Shown: piece by piece, positions 52,671-64,000 of the stretch | Position numbering within the stretch: position 1 is the stretch's first letter | Layout: every line of letters begins with the position of its first letter | Assembly (NCBI GenBank): GCA_963786955.1 | Contig: CAWBAT010000006.1 | Coordinates: 128,001 to 192,000, forward strand | Origin: an uncultured Acidimicrobiia bacterium | GTDB taxonomy: Bacteria; Acidobacteriota; Terriglobia; Versatilivoradales; Versatilivoraceae | DNA length: 64,000 bases | Direction: 5' to 3' | Translations under genes and position numbers: made by a program | Notes under the pieces: generated by a model | The model's database searches: none | Told to the model about the DNA's origin: nothing | Seen by the model: the letters and a program-made list of their open reading frames with translations, nothing else

Positions 52671-53585
52671 GAATCGACTCCAATCAATCCCCACACGATT
52701 ACTTAAAGTCCACTGACACACAAACTACTTCGGCTTGGATTATGATAATTAAGAATGCATTGGCCGGATTCAGCACGTTCGTTTGCTCTATCTATCTCAC
52801 GCCATTCCGTTTGGAATGGCCCGTGGCTGTCTTTTCCGCGGTTCCTCCAGAAAGCCTTCTTCAATAAGAATCCGTGCGATCTGACATCTTGGAACTCGAA
52901 TATGGTCTGCTATCCCTTCAATCGATTGACACTGTTGGTGAACAAATTACAAATGGTGAGTGATTTCTTGATCCGAGAGTCAAGTTCGTGGAAGGATTGC
53001 GCTACTTCAAACAACTTCCCTGTTGGCTAGATTGGATCTTGGACGTCAAATGCCATTTTCATTTTTGTCCAATTCTTTTTAATGAGACTCAACACGACTT
53101 TTCCCTCTCCAATCTATTTTGTGATCCTTTTGGACTGATCTATTCTATAACGGCTGAATTGCCATCCTGATTTAGCCTTCTGATTCCCCATTTAACTAAC
53201 ACATATAGTTGGGGGATACAAGGCATTGTGGCTTTCGGACGCAACCGTCCTGTCCATGGCACAGTCTTGTACTCTATTGCCCAAATTAGGGAATATACTT
53301 CTGCCGTGTCTTAACACCAAGCGTGCCGCTGAGGGTTGCGTTCTCCATTCATTAGTGCTGCAGACTATTCGGCTTCACGAGTAGCCGTGAGCGGAGGACT
53401 GTAAACCCCTCTTCCAGTATTTGATTTAGATAAGAGACCTCCGGGTGGACGACTCACTTCCGAAATGTCGAACCCCAGAATAAGCCGAGATCGGCAGGAA
53501 AATTGCTAGCAGAGTATGAATCCGCTGACAAGAATTACCCTGTGATTCGATTTGTTCCCAGAACGACATCCTTCGGAGGCCGAAA

Positions 53586-55799
53586 GTGAAGAAGATTCAA
53601 AGAGTCCTGCACCTTGCAATAACGCCTTTCCTATCCCTTTTGCTTTGGGCAGCCCCGCTAAAAGCCGCCGAGCCCTTAACCCACCAACCTGAAATTGAAG
53701 GGCCCGACCACTTCGACGTTTCGCCACCGATGCGTGAAGTCAACGCCCCGCCTTCACAAGCCGGAAACGTTCAAAGGCCGCGTCCTCGTATCCCTCAATC
53801 TGCAAACCCGACCAGCGGACCAGACGGAGCGCTTCAACAAGCCCCGGGCACAGAAGTCGGTTCCGCCCCAGCAACTAGCTTTGGTGGTGTAGGGGACGTC
53901 AACCAGGTTGCACCACCTGATACCAACATGGCAGTAGGTCCAAACCACATTGTTCAGTGGGTTAACCTGTCGTTTGCTGTTTATGACAAGGCGGGTACCA
54001 TTTTATCGGGATATCCAAAGGCTGGGAATTCCCTTTGGAAGAGTTTTGGAGGTGCTTGCGAGACTACAAACAGTGGCGACCCGATCGCACAATATGATGC
54101 AATTGCCGACCGTTGGGTCATGAGCCAGTTGGCCATTAGCGGTTCAACTTTCTACCAGTGTTTTGCAATCTCACAGAGCAATGATCCAACCGGTGCTTAT
54201 TACCGATATTCTTATACCTTCAGCAACCTAAACGACTATCCGAAGGTAGGAATCTGGCCTTCTGCCTACTTTGCCACATACAATATGTTTAAGCCGATTG
54301 CTGGGGGGCTTCTGGGTTATTCCTTCCAGGGAGCCCAAGCGTGTGCTTACGACCGCGCAGCCATGCTAAATGGCGCCAGTGCAGTCAAGGTGTGTTTCCA
54401 GTTAAGCTCTTCCTTTGGGGGCCTTTTACCTTCGGATCTCGATGGGGGAGCAGCGAACCCGCCTCCTTCGGGATCTCCCGACTTCCTCGTCAACTTCGGA
54501 ACGAACTCGCTGAATCTTTGGAAGTTTACACCGAATTTTGCCACGCCCAGTTCCTCGACTTTCACCGGACCGACGAATATCCCAGTTGAAGCCTTTTCAG
54601 CAGCCTGCAGTGGAGGCGGAACATGCATCCCACAGAGCGGTACTACCCAGCAATTAGATTCGCTTGCTGATCGGTTAATGTATCGCCTGGCGTATCGGAA
54701 TTTTGGAGACCATGAGTCGATTGTAGTAAACCATTCGGTGACCGCAGAAAGCAGTGTCGGCGTGCGCTGGTATGAAATCAGAAACCCTAACGGAACACCC
54801 ACCATCAATCAACAGGGAACTTATGCGCCTGACACAAATTATCGCTGGATGGGAAGCATGGCTATGGATAAAGCGGGCAATATTGGGCTAGGGTATAGCG
54901 TTTCCAGCAGCTCTATGCATCCCTCCATCCGCTATACTGGTCGACAGGCGGGCGATGCTTTGGGGACGATGACTCTAGCCGAACAGAGTATTGTGGAGGG
55001 TACTGGCTCCCAACTTGCGTCGCTCAGCCGTTGGGGAGACTACAGTGCCATGCGAATCGATCCGAGCGATGATTGCACATTCTGGTATACAAACGAATAC
55101 TTGGCTGTCAATGGCACGTTTAACTGGAAAACCCAAATCGCTTCATTCAAGTTTGACTCATGTGGAGGAACGGCCACTCCTGATTTCACGATATCGGCCT
55201 CCCCCTCAAGCAACACGGTGATCCAAGGAGGAGCGACTGGCTATAATGTGACGATCACCCGTTTAAATGGCTATGTCGGAGACGTCACTTTGACGGCATC
55301 TATTTGTCCACAAAATGCCACTTGTACCTTTTCAACCAATCCAGTCCAGGGCGGGAACAGCTCGTCTGATTTTAATATCACCACAGCTACGAATACCCCT
55401 GTAGGAGCCTATACCATAACGATCACCGGTACCGACCCCATAGGAAACCTAACACATTGGATTACAGTCACATTGAATGTGAATTCCCAAAATCCTCCGG
55501 ACTTTTCGATTTCCGCCTCACCGGCTTCTCGAAGCGTGACCAGGGGAAACAGTACAACCTACACGGTGACCATAACGCGGCTGTATGGGTTTCCGGGCAG
55601 CGTCAGTCTGAACGTCAGTGGGCTCCCGTCGAAAAGCTCTGGTAGCTTCAGTCCAAATCCCGTTTCGAGTAGCGGCAATAGCTCGACGCTAACGGTCAAG
55701 ACCAATAGAAATACTCCAACGGGTACCTATCCGCTTACGATCACAGGCACAAGTGGCAGCCTTAATCATTCAACTGGCGTCAGTTTAGTCGTTCAGTAG
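53586..55799 (+). CDS. Large secreted protein with two C-terminal Ig-like repeats
   Basis: Signal peptide, PPDTNMAVGPNH, DYPK, RWGDYS, and repeats PDFTISASPSS / PDFSISASPAS. Confidence 0.85.
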   Translation: MKKIQRVLHLAITPFLSLLLWAAPLKAAEPLTHQPEIEGPDHFDVSPPMREVNAPPSQAGNVQRPRPRIPQSANPTSGPDGALQQAPGTEVGSAPATSFGGVGDVNQVAPPDTNMAVGPNHIVQWVNLSFAVYDKAGTILSGYPKAGNSLWKSFGGACETTNSGDPIAQYDAIADRWVMSQLAISGSTFYQCFAISQSNDPTGAYYRYSYTFSNLNDYPKVGIWPSAYFATYNMFKPIAGGLLGYSFQGAQACAYDRAAMLNGASAVKVCFQLSSSFGGLLPSDLDGGAANPPPSGSPDFLVNFGTNSLNLWKFTPNFATPSSSTFTGPTNIPVEAFSAACSGGGTCIPQSGTTQQLDSLADRLMYRLAYRNFGDHESIVVNHSVTAESSVGVRWYEIRNPNGTPTINQQGTYAPDTNYRWMGSMAMDKAGNIGLGYSVSSSSMHPSIRYTGRQAGDALGTMTLAEQSIVEGTGSQLASLSRWGDYSAMRIDPSDDCTFWYTNEYLAVNGTFNWKTQIASFKFDSCGGTATPDFTISASPSSNTVIQGGATGYNVTITRLNGYVGDVTLTASICPQNATCTFSTNPVQGGNSSSDFNITTATNTPVGAYTITITGTDPIGNLTHWITVTLNVNSQNPPDFSISASPASRSVTRGNSTTYTVTITRLYGFPGSVSLNVSGLPSKSSGSFSPNPVSSSGNSSTLTVKTNRNTPTGTYPLTITGTSGSLNHSTGVSLVVQ

Positions 55800-55811
55800 T
55801 CTGCTGACTTA

Positions 55812-55840
55812 CCACGGCCAGCCTTAATTGCTGGCCGTGG
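55812..55840. terminator. Hairpin between convergent genes
   Basis: 11-bp stem CCACGGCCAGC/GCTGGCCGTGG. No clear U tract. Confidence 0.5.
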
Positions 55841-55869
55841 CGGTTCGAACAAACATATAGGTGAGTGGA

Positions 55870-56895
55870 TCAACTGCCTCGTGGAGAGTATTCCCGGAAG
55901 GCATCGTACATAGCAAGAATGTTCTGTAAGGGGACGTCCGGGCCAACTTCCCCACATGCGATGAGTCCGCCAGTGGGGGTACCGCATGCTTCGAAAGTCC
56001 GATGCACCTCTTCTTTGACCTGGGCGGGTGAAACAAACGGAAGAACTTTTTGTCGGTCGATATCCGTTCTGAAGGCCACTTTCCCCCGTACATTTGCCGC
56101 AACCCAATCGTGACCCACGACTGCCACCTGACAATTGATCACATTCACGCCTATTTCAATGAGGTCCCCAAAAATATCGTTGATGCGTCCGTCCGAGTGG
56201 TACCACACATCCATCCCCGCGTCGTGTGTCCGCTTAAACATTTCTGCATATCGTGGCTTGAAAATTCGTCGCCATGTTTGAGGGTGAATTAGGAGAGTTT
56301 GCTGGCCTCCCCAATCATCGGCAAAGTGGAGTCCCTCGTATTCCAGTTTGATCCATTGATCGATCCACCGCAGGTTAAAGGCCAGCAAGTCATCCAGCAG
56401 GCGGTAAAACTCCCGGCTTTCGGTGGCAATATCCATCATGAGACTCTCCATGCCACGTAATTGCTGGAGTTGTTCAAAATAGGTAATCCAGGCGCCCCGC
56501 GCGTACCAATGGTCATCGAATCCGCACATATGACCGCTGTATTGTCGTCCTGACGGAGGCCCTGCGTTGAAATCTTCAGGCCACAGGAATTCATCATAAG
56601 AGCTCAGATCCGCAATCGGGTATTCGACAGGAATCCCGCAAACCCCCATCCATTCCACCTGCCACGTCGTCCCAAAGTCATCCTTGTGGCGCCCCTGCTT
56701 GTAACAGGCCGGGAACTTTTCCAAGGGAAGATCTTTCATGTAGTTCCACCCGAAATCCTCGCGAAATTCCATCAGAATCTCACTCAGCGCTTGCCCATAC
56801 TTTAGCTGGGCAGCCGGCAGAACGGCATGCGAAATGGGCAAACGATCTGGTTTCTGGAATCTGATAGCACGTTTCACACGTTCACGACTGTCCAT
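55870..56895 (-). CDS. Uroporphyrinogen decarboxylase/MtaA-CmuA-family protein
   Basis: MDSRERVKRAI, LRGME, ADDWGGQ, YHSDG. Confidence 0.85.
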   Translation of the reverse strand: MDSRERVKRAIRFQKPDRLPISHAVLPAAQLKYGQALSEILMEFREDFGWNYMKDLPLEKFPACYKQGRHKDDFGTTWQVEWMGVCGIPVEYPIADLSSYDEFLWPEDFNAGPPSGRQYSGHMCGFDDHWYARGAWITYFEQLQQLRGMESLMMDIATESREFYRLLDDLLAFNLRWIDQWIKLEYEGLHFADDWGGQQTLLIHPQTWRRIFKPRYAEMFKRTHDAGMDVWYHSDGRINDIFGDLIEIGVNVINCQVAVVGHDWVAANVRGKVAFRTDIDRQKVLPFVSPAQVKEEVHRTFEACGTPTGGLIACGEVGPDVPLQNILAMYDAFREYSPRGS

Positions 56896-57186
56896 TCTTC
56901 CCTCCTTGATAATTTACCCGGTTTGATCTTCACTAGAGGCACGGATTCGACTCATGGTACCCTTCCGAGCTCGAATACTCGTTAAGTTATCTGGGTTTAG
57001 GTTAGTTCCGCAAGAACCACCCTAATGATTTTTGCAATTTCGTCATCAGACGAATAGTTCGTCATCTAGGGACACAGCGGGGCTTCAGGTTGCGACGCAT
57101 GAATGAACGTGGTATCTTTCTGACACCGTTGCAGCCTCATGGTACCCCGACCGTTTAAAAATATAACTGCAATAGGATTACACAGA

Positions 57187-58166
57187 ATGCAAACCCAAAT
57201 CAGCAATAAGATTCGACATGATTGGCAAGTCGTTGACATCCTCGCCATTTATCAGTTGCCTTTGCCAGATCTTTTTTTCCGCGCCCAAACCATTCACCGT
57301 GAGTTTCACGACCCGAATACTATTCAAGGCTGCATCCTTCTTAGCATCAAAACAGGCGGGTGCCCGGAGGACTGTGGATACTGCCCGCAATCCTCTCACT
57401 ACGAAACAAATTGGAACGAAACCGCTTTTGAGTGTGGACGAGACACTCCAATGCGCACGCGATGCAGCCATCAGGGGGCCACGCGTTTCTGCATGGGGGC
57501 GGCGTGGCGAAGTATCCCGAAAGGAAGCGAATTCGAAAAAGTACTCCAAATGGTCCGAGGGCGTTCGCGAAACTTGGGATGGAAGCCTGCTGCACGCTGG
57601 GAATGCTGTCTCAAGAGCAGGCTGAGCAACTCGCGGATGCTGGCTTGACGGCGTACAATCACAACTCTGGATACTTCGCCGGAATTTTATGGCAACATGA
57701 TTACCACTCGAACTTATCAGGATCGACTGGAAACATTAGCGCATGTCCGGAGCTCTGGAATCTCAGTTTGCTGTGGGGGGATCATTGGCATGGGAGAGGA
57801 CCGGAAAGACCGCTGTGGTCTGCTGGCGCAGCTGGCAAGCCAGTCTCCTCATCCGGAGAGCGTTCCCGATCAACTTGTTGGTTCAGGTCCAGGGAACTCC
57901 ATCTGGAAAAACAATCTCATCTCGATTCATTAGAATTGGTGCGAATGATCGGAACGGCCAGAATCCTGATGCCCCGATCCAGAGTGAGACTGAGTGCAGG
58001 GAGGCTTTCGTTGTCGGAAGAAGCTCAGGCGCTCTGCATCTTAGTAGGGGCGAATTCCATATTCTTGGGCGACAAGCTGCTCACGACTCCCAATCCTGAA
58101 ATGGAGCGCGATCAGCGGCTTTTGCAGAAGATGGGGATGAAACTGGTGATGAAGGAAACCGGATAA
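57187..58166 (+). CDS. bioB: Biotin synthase (apparent frameshifts)
   Basis: [53 protein letters not shown]. Confidence 0.93.
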
Positions 58167-58222
58167 AGGAGGCAGACGTTCACCTTATCCGATGTGGCCG
58201 GAGCCGAATTAAAGGAGGGCGC

Positions 58223-59407
58223 CTACCCTCGACGCTCTTTGGCCACCGAAGGTCTGGCTCCCTTGGTATCGACCCGGGAGTCTTTCGTCGCTGAAGCGTT
58301 CTTGCTGAAAATTTCGTCGAAGATGGCGGTCTGGTCAGCGTTATCCCAATTCTGCAGGATCCCGCCATGCTCCTCTTTTGAGAAAAAGAGTTTCCCCTTC
58401 TCCTGGAATCGAAGTCCACTCTAACGAGATCTCCTAACGAAACCTGACTTGTGGCGACTAGATTCGATAATGGATAGACCAGATATCTTTCGAGAGCTCG
58501 TTTCAAGTGTCGAGCTCCATATTTCAAATCGGTCCCTTCGCTCAGTAGAAATTCCTTCGCATTCTGCGAACATTTGAAGATGAATTTCCCTTCCCCTCGC
58601 GCGTTCAGAATTCTCTCCTGGACCATCATCATTTCAATTTCCAATACTTTCTTGAGCTGGGTACTCTGGAGCGTGTTGAAGACTACGACCTTATCGATGC
58701 GGTTCATGAATTCGGGAGAAAATTTCCTCTTGGAGGCTTCAACTGCCGTCCTGTAGATCTTCTTATCGAGCTCACTTTCATCCGTATTGGAGACTGAAGG
58801 GGGTGCGAAACCCTAGGCCCCCAGAAATAAATTCGCCCATTTCTGCCGCTCCCAGATTGCTGGTCAAGATGATAATCGTCTTGCTCAGTCGACGCGCCGA
58901 TTATCTCCCAGGGTAAGCGTTGCCTTATCCAAAACCCCCAAGAGAAGCTGCCATAAGGCGTCGTTCGCTTTTTCGATTTCATCGAACAAGAAGAAAAGTC
59001 AACTTCAGCTCTATCCGTGTGGAACTGATCAATGGCTTCCTGGGTAAGCAACGGTGGGAGTCTCGCGATGTCCCAGATACCCGGGGGGAGAGCCAATTAG
59101 CTTCGCAATTTCATGACTATGTTGAAACTCCGCACAGTCAATCTTGATGACTGCTTTAGAATCTCCAAAGAGAATTTCAGCGGCGGCTTCGACAACTCTC
59201 GTTTTCCCAGATCCCGTAGGCCCAAGAAACAAGCAGATTTCCGATGGGGCGGCCTGGGGAAGCCATTCCTGAAAGGTAAATCTGGTAAAGCGCCGAAAGG
59301 CGACGAACGGCTCTTTCCTGGCCTACGACCTTGCCGAAAAGTTTGTCTTCGAAATCCTGTGCTTCAAAGCTTTTGATTGTCGGATCTAATAAAATTGGCT
59401 CGTTCAT
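58223..59407 (-). CDS. ClpB/ClpC second-AAA-module-only ATPase (apparent frameshifts)
   Basis: VVGQERAV, FLGPTGSGKT, IDCAEFQHSHEIAKLIGSPPGYLG, PEFMNRID, YGARHLKR. Confidence 0.85.
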
Positions 59408-59798
59408 CGTCTAATCCCCTCACTTGAAGAGTTGCTCCAAGTGGCCTTTAGCCATTCGTTGGATCAAATTCAACTGAATTATCGGTGTTCGGAGCAATTA
59501 CTTTAGTAATCCATATTACTCTTTCGTAAACAAATTTCTAAAGTCGGACCAAGGCCAGCAGATCGTCCGGAATCCAGCCATGATACGAATCACCGTTGCT
59601 CACTCAAACTGATTGGATGAGAGCGGAATGCCGCTTGGCTGCTTATTCTATATTCAGTCAGCTTACTGGTGTAATCTAAGGACTTGAGAGGAAGGACTCC
59701 CGAGCGATCGAGAAATTCAAGAAGTTGCAATACAACTCTACTTCGTCTAGATTAATCTAAATCAGCGAGAGATAGTTATACAGAGGAGGACTTGACAA

Positions 59799-60001
59799 TT
59801 GAGATTCACCAAACTTTTAATTGTGATCTTCTCTATTGTTTCGGTGATCGTTTCTTTTTCAACTTCAAATTACTCAAAGCCCGCGGATGCAAAAAAACAG
59901 GTAAATCTTGTACATTTTGCCACGTGAAGTATGGCTCGAAAGATCTCACGGATGCAGGAAAGTATTACAAGGACAAGGGAACTTTGGACGGATATAAATA
60001 G
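59799..60001 (+). CDS. Small monoheme c-type cytochrome (apparent frameshift in an A run near 59891)
   Basis: GAGGAGG ribosome-binding site. Signal peptide RFTKLLIVIFSIVSVIVSF, then KKTGKSCTFCHVK (CxxCH). Confidence 0.75.
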
Positions 60002-60039
60002 GGGAGTTCAGAGATTTTCCGGAATTAAGAATTCGTAGG

Positions 60040-60489
60040 TTAAAACGACTTTCCACTATCAATCAACAGCGTCACGGGTCCGTCATTAACTGAGTACACC
60101 TTCATCATCTCCTGAAAAACCCCCGTCTTGACAACCAGCGGACTCACCGAACATCGATTCACAAAAAGCTCATAGAGAATTTTCGCTTCTGCAGGGGTCG
60201 CGGCTTCTGTAAACGAAGGCCTTCGCCCTTTTCGGCAGTCTCCATAGAGAGTAAACTGAGAGACGACCAAAATTTCATTTCCTTGCTCGACTACCGAATG
60301 ATTCATTTTACCGTGTTCGTCTTCAAATACGCGTAATCCCAAAATCTTCTCCGCGAGATAGTCGGCGTCGGCAGCATGGTCGTTCATACAGATGCCCAGG
60401 TAAATCAGTAGTCCCTTCCCGATGGAGCCAACGGTTATCCCTTTCACTTCCACTCGTGCTTCAACCACTCTCTGTACGACGGCTCTCAT
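60040..60489 (-). CDS. dtd: D-aminoacyl-tRNA deacylase
   Basis: [22 protein letters not shown]. Confidence 0.96.
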   Translation of the reverse strand: MRAVVQRVVEARVEVKGITVGSIGKGLLIYLGICMNDHAADADYLAEKILGLRVFEDEHGKMNHSVVEQGNEILVVSQFTLYGDCRKGRRPSFTEAATPAEAKILYELFVNRCSVSPLVVKTGVFQEMMKVYSVNDGPVTLLIDSGKSF

Positions 60490-60811
60490 CTTCGCCTCCG
60501 CTTGCATTGGGTTATGCTATCCCGTGACAACACAAAGGAGATGCATGGCACATAGTATACGAAGCAACCCATCTCTTTGAAGAGTTGCGTCTCTTTTCGC
60601 ACACCGGCTTAGCCTGTGTAGTTTCGATCAAGCGGGAAGGAACTCATAAGTAGCGACACCTTCTGACATCGGACGAAATGCCCGTTGAGTCGGAAGAGGA
60701 TTTACCGGTTCGAGGGCTGAGCAGCCAATCATTCGTTTGACAGCTCGTGGCGGCTCCTTTAGAATTTTGATTTGCAATACCTTTCCTTGGAAAGAGCTGA
60801 CAGAGGTGGGA

Positions 60812-62495
60812 TTGGACAGGTTCGCCGGGAATTCAACCAACAAGAATGAAGCCGGTTCAAACCCGGAAGAAAAGGACTCTCTCTCCCCTTTTCTACTCAG
60901 ACCGCCTGCGCGTCAGCAAATCGTTACGTCGATCTCTGGCACCCCAATCCAGCCACTTTATTCTGCGGAAGACTTAAAAGGATTCGACGATCAGCGGGAC
61001 CTCGGAAACCCCGGCTACCCTCCTTACACCCGCGGGATACATCCAGAAATGTATCGCGCGAAGACTTTGGACGATCCGGCAATTCAGTGGATTTGGAACA
61101 GCTGAAGACACGAACCAGCGATTTCATTATCTCCTGTCTCAAGGGCAGTCCGGACTTTCAGTTGCATTCCATCTGCCGACTTTAATGGGTCATGATTCTG
61201 ACCATCCCTTGTCGTCTTGGTGAAGTCGGGAAATGTGGCGTGGCAATGGATTCTTTGGCCGACATGGAAACGCTTTTCCGCGGAATTGATGTGGAGAAAA
61301 TCACCACTTCGATGACGATCAATGCGCCTGCTGCCATCATTTGGGCGATGTATCTCGTGAATGCCCAAAAATGCGGGTTCGACCTTAGCAAGATTTCCGG
61401 CACCATTCAGAACGACATCCTCAAAGAATACATTGCCCAAAAAACTTGGATTTTCCCGCCAACTCCTTCGATGCGACTCATCACGGACACTTTTAGATTC
61501 GGAGCCGAGAATATTCCGAAATGGAACACTATTTCCATCAGCGGCTACCACATCCGGGAAGCGGGTCCACGGCATTGCAGGAATTGGCTTTTACTCTCGG
61601 GATGGCGTCGAGTATGTTGAGGCGGCGATCAAAACGGGCTTGACGGTGGATCAATTTGCCCCTCGGCTTTCCTTTTTCTTTAACGCACACAATGATCTCT
61701 TTGAAGAAGCGGCCAAGTTCCGCGCAGCTCGAAAAGTCTGGTATCAGCTCATGCGAAAGCGTTTTAACGCCCAGGACCCCCGTTCCTGGATCCTCCGTTT
61801 TCACACGCAGACTGCTGGGTGTGCCCTGACGGCCCAACAACCTCATAACAATATCATTCGGACCACAATTCAGGCTCTGGCTGGGGTTCTCGGGGGAACT
61901 CAGTCGCTCCATACGAATTCAATGGACGAGACCTATGCCTTACCAACGGAATCGGCTGTCACCATCGCGTTGCGGACACAACAAATTCTCGCCCACGAAA
62001 GCGGAATCGCCCAATATCATCGATCCCTTAGCAGGGTCTTATTTCGTTGAAAAACTGACTCTTGAATTAGAGAAGGGGTGCTGGGAGTATTTTGATAGAA
62101 TTGATGCCATGGGGGGCATGGTGGCGGCGATTGAGAATGGCTTTCCTCAAAAAGAAATTCAGGAGGCTGCCTACCAATATCAGAAAGCCGTCGAAAACAA
62201 AGAGAAAGTCGTCGTCGGGGTCAATGCTTTTATTACTGAAGACGCGAGTCCTATTGAGACTCTCACTATTGACTCGCAAGTTGCAGAACGGCAAATGAAC
62301 CGGTTGCGGGAAATCCGGTCGGGTCGCAGCCAAGCCAGCGTCCACGCATGCCTAGGCGAACTGCGGCAGGCGGCTTCCGGCGCAGAGAATCTAATGCCTC
62401 ATTTCCTTCGATGCGTCCGGGAGTACGCTACTTTGGGTGAGATGTGTGACGTTTTGCGCTCTGTTTTTGGAACCTATGTGGAGCCTATCTTCTAA
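60812..62495 (+). CDS. Methylmalonyl-CoA mutase family, large subunit (apparent frameshifts; start uncertain)
   Basis: [63 protein letters not shown]. Confidence 0.92.
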
Positions 62496-62904
62496 TGAGT
62501 GAAAAACAACTAAGAGTTCTTGTTGCTAAACCCGGATTAGATGGTCATGACCGCGGAGCCAAAATTATTGCCCGTGCCCTGCGAGACGCCGGCATCGAGG
62601 TCATCTATACGGGATCTGCGTCAGACTCCGGAACAAATCGTCAATGCTGCGCTTCCAGGAAGACGTGGACTGCATCGGACTGTCGATACTTTCTGGTGCC
62701 CATAATACCATTCTGCCACGAGTGATGGACCTGCTCGGCGAGAAAGGGATTCATGACATCCTGGTCGTTGCGGGAGGGATTATCCCGACTCAGGACATTC
62801 CCACCCTCAAATCTTGTGGAATCTCCGAAATATTTCCGCCCGGAACACCGACTGATCAGATTATCCATTACATTAAAACTAACGTTCACGAGAAGACTTT
62901 TTGA
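62495..62904 (+). CDS. Cobalamin-binding small subunit of the mutase (apparent frameshifts)
   Basis: [27 protein letters not shown]. Confidence 0.92.
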
Positions 62905-63054
62905 CGATCCAGTGGCCGTTTACTGACAATCAGAAGGGACCCGCAGTTACGGGTGTTTTCGACTTGATACTCCCGCACTGATTTGCCCTTCCGATGAGAG
63001 CCGATGGGCGCCCCGAGGCTATCTCCACGATCCAAGGATCTCCGGAGCGAGACA

Positions 63055-64000
63055 ATGATGATGCGCTACCACGGAATCCTGGGACTGATGGTTCTCCTCG
63101 GTTTGGCCGTGATACTATCGTCCAATCGAAAAGCCATACGGTGGAAGATCGTCTGGTTGGGATCCGCATTGCAATTTGTGCTGGCCGTCATTGTTCTTAA
63201 GGGCGATTGGTTGAGCCATTGTTTTGATTGGCTGGCGGTGACGCTGGGGACGAGTATTAGTCCTGATCCTCCTACAAATCATTTTATCAAGCTCTGGCGA
63301 CACTGGTTCTTTCAACGGTCGGCGGGATGGCTTCGTTTTCTGCGGAGCCTGATTCGTCTTCAAGGGTCATCGTCATTCTCAAATTCAATCTCATCTTGAG
63401 TGTTTTTTTACCTGATGCGCGATGTCGTTAACCATCTGATCGCCTATGCTGCGGAAGGAGCCCGATTTATATTCGGCCCGCTGGCTATTGAAACTGGCGA
63501 AAGAAGCTTAGGGTTTATTTTTGGTTTTCAAGTTTTGCCAACGATTATATTTCGTCGCATCAATATTTGCTATTCTCTATTACCTGGGGATTATGCAGCT
63601 GGTGGTTCAGAAGTTTGCCACGATCATGTCTCGTTGGATGTCCATCAGTGGGGCGGAGTCTGTCTCCGTCGCAGCCAGTATCTTCATCGGCCAAGCCGAA
63701 GCTCCTCTAACCATTCGTCCCTTTATTGCTGAGATGACGCGATCGGAACTCATGACAATCATGACGGCGGGAATGGCCCATGTTTCGGGGGCCATCATGG
63801 CGGCCTACGTCCTCGTAGCACACGTCGATGTGGTGCATTTATTGACTGCCGTGATCATGACTGCTCCGGGAGCCATCATGATATCGAAAATCATCGTTCC
63901 AGAGACGGAAACACCACGTACCCAGGGGGAAACGAAGATTGAAATTCCCTCTTCGGATGTCAATCTTGATTGATGCCGCTGCCCGAGGCGCCTCAGAAGG
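63055..64000 (+). CDS. nupC: NupC/CNT nucleoside transporter, partial (apparent frameshifts)
   Basis: SSNRKAIRW, FGFQVLPTIIF, IFIGQAEAPL, MTAPGA. Confidence 0.87.

Noticed and set aside
52671-53585. Long intergenic region, including GGACTGTAAACCC resembling a tRNA-Tyr anticodon arm and a TGGCAC sigma54-like box
   Set aside because: No cloverleaf forms, and the -24/-12 spacing and -12 bases do not fit.
60510-60810. Cobalamin riboswitch upstream of the mutase genes
   Set aside because: The B12-box and the conserved GGGAA/CGGTG/GCAACTGT blocks were not found in order.
924-64000. Many frameshifts in core genes (xerD, lpxD, murJ, nuo genes, bioB, mutase, nupC) read as pseudogenisation or recoding
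   Set aside because: They are single-base indels in normally essential genes whose protein sequence is otherwise well conserved, with no common slippery motif. Long-read consensus error is the simplest explanation, though reads are needed to confirm it.

Overview
Bacterial chromosomal segment, most likely from an Acidobacteriota genome (inferred from gene content and repeat style). Many core genes carry single-base frameshifts that look like long-read assembly errors. Positions 1-15 kb hold core genes: recO 5' end, HAMP histidine kinase, xerD, lpxD, murJ, thiS, nuoE-JKLMN, a candidate sRNA and tRNA-Thr(CGT). Positions 15.0-37.0 kb are a ~22 kb island bounded by the tRNA 3' half and a degenerate 46-bp copy of it. 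The island has no integrase. It carries sugar-scavenging and secreted-protein genes, an IS630 and transposase remnants, and six co-oriented ~82-bp imperfect palindromes. These palindromes were seen nowhere else in the window and divide the cargo into modules. This cassette-array-like layout is the most unusual signal here. Positions 38-52.7 kb are an expanded K+ homeostasis locus: small ORFs, kdpFABC, an extra kinase, split kdpD, kdpE, and a c-di-AMP riboswitch in front of a small membrane ORF and an APC/KimA-like transporter. The rest holds a secreted Ig-repeat protein, a UroD-family enzyme, bioB, a ClpB-D2-like ATPase, a mini cytochrome c, dtd, methylmalonyl-CoA mutase subunits and a partial nupC. 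All calls were made by eye; no searches were run.
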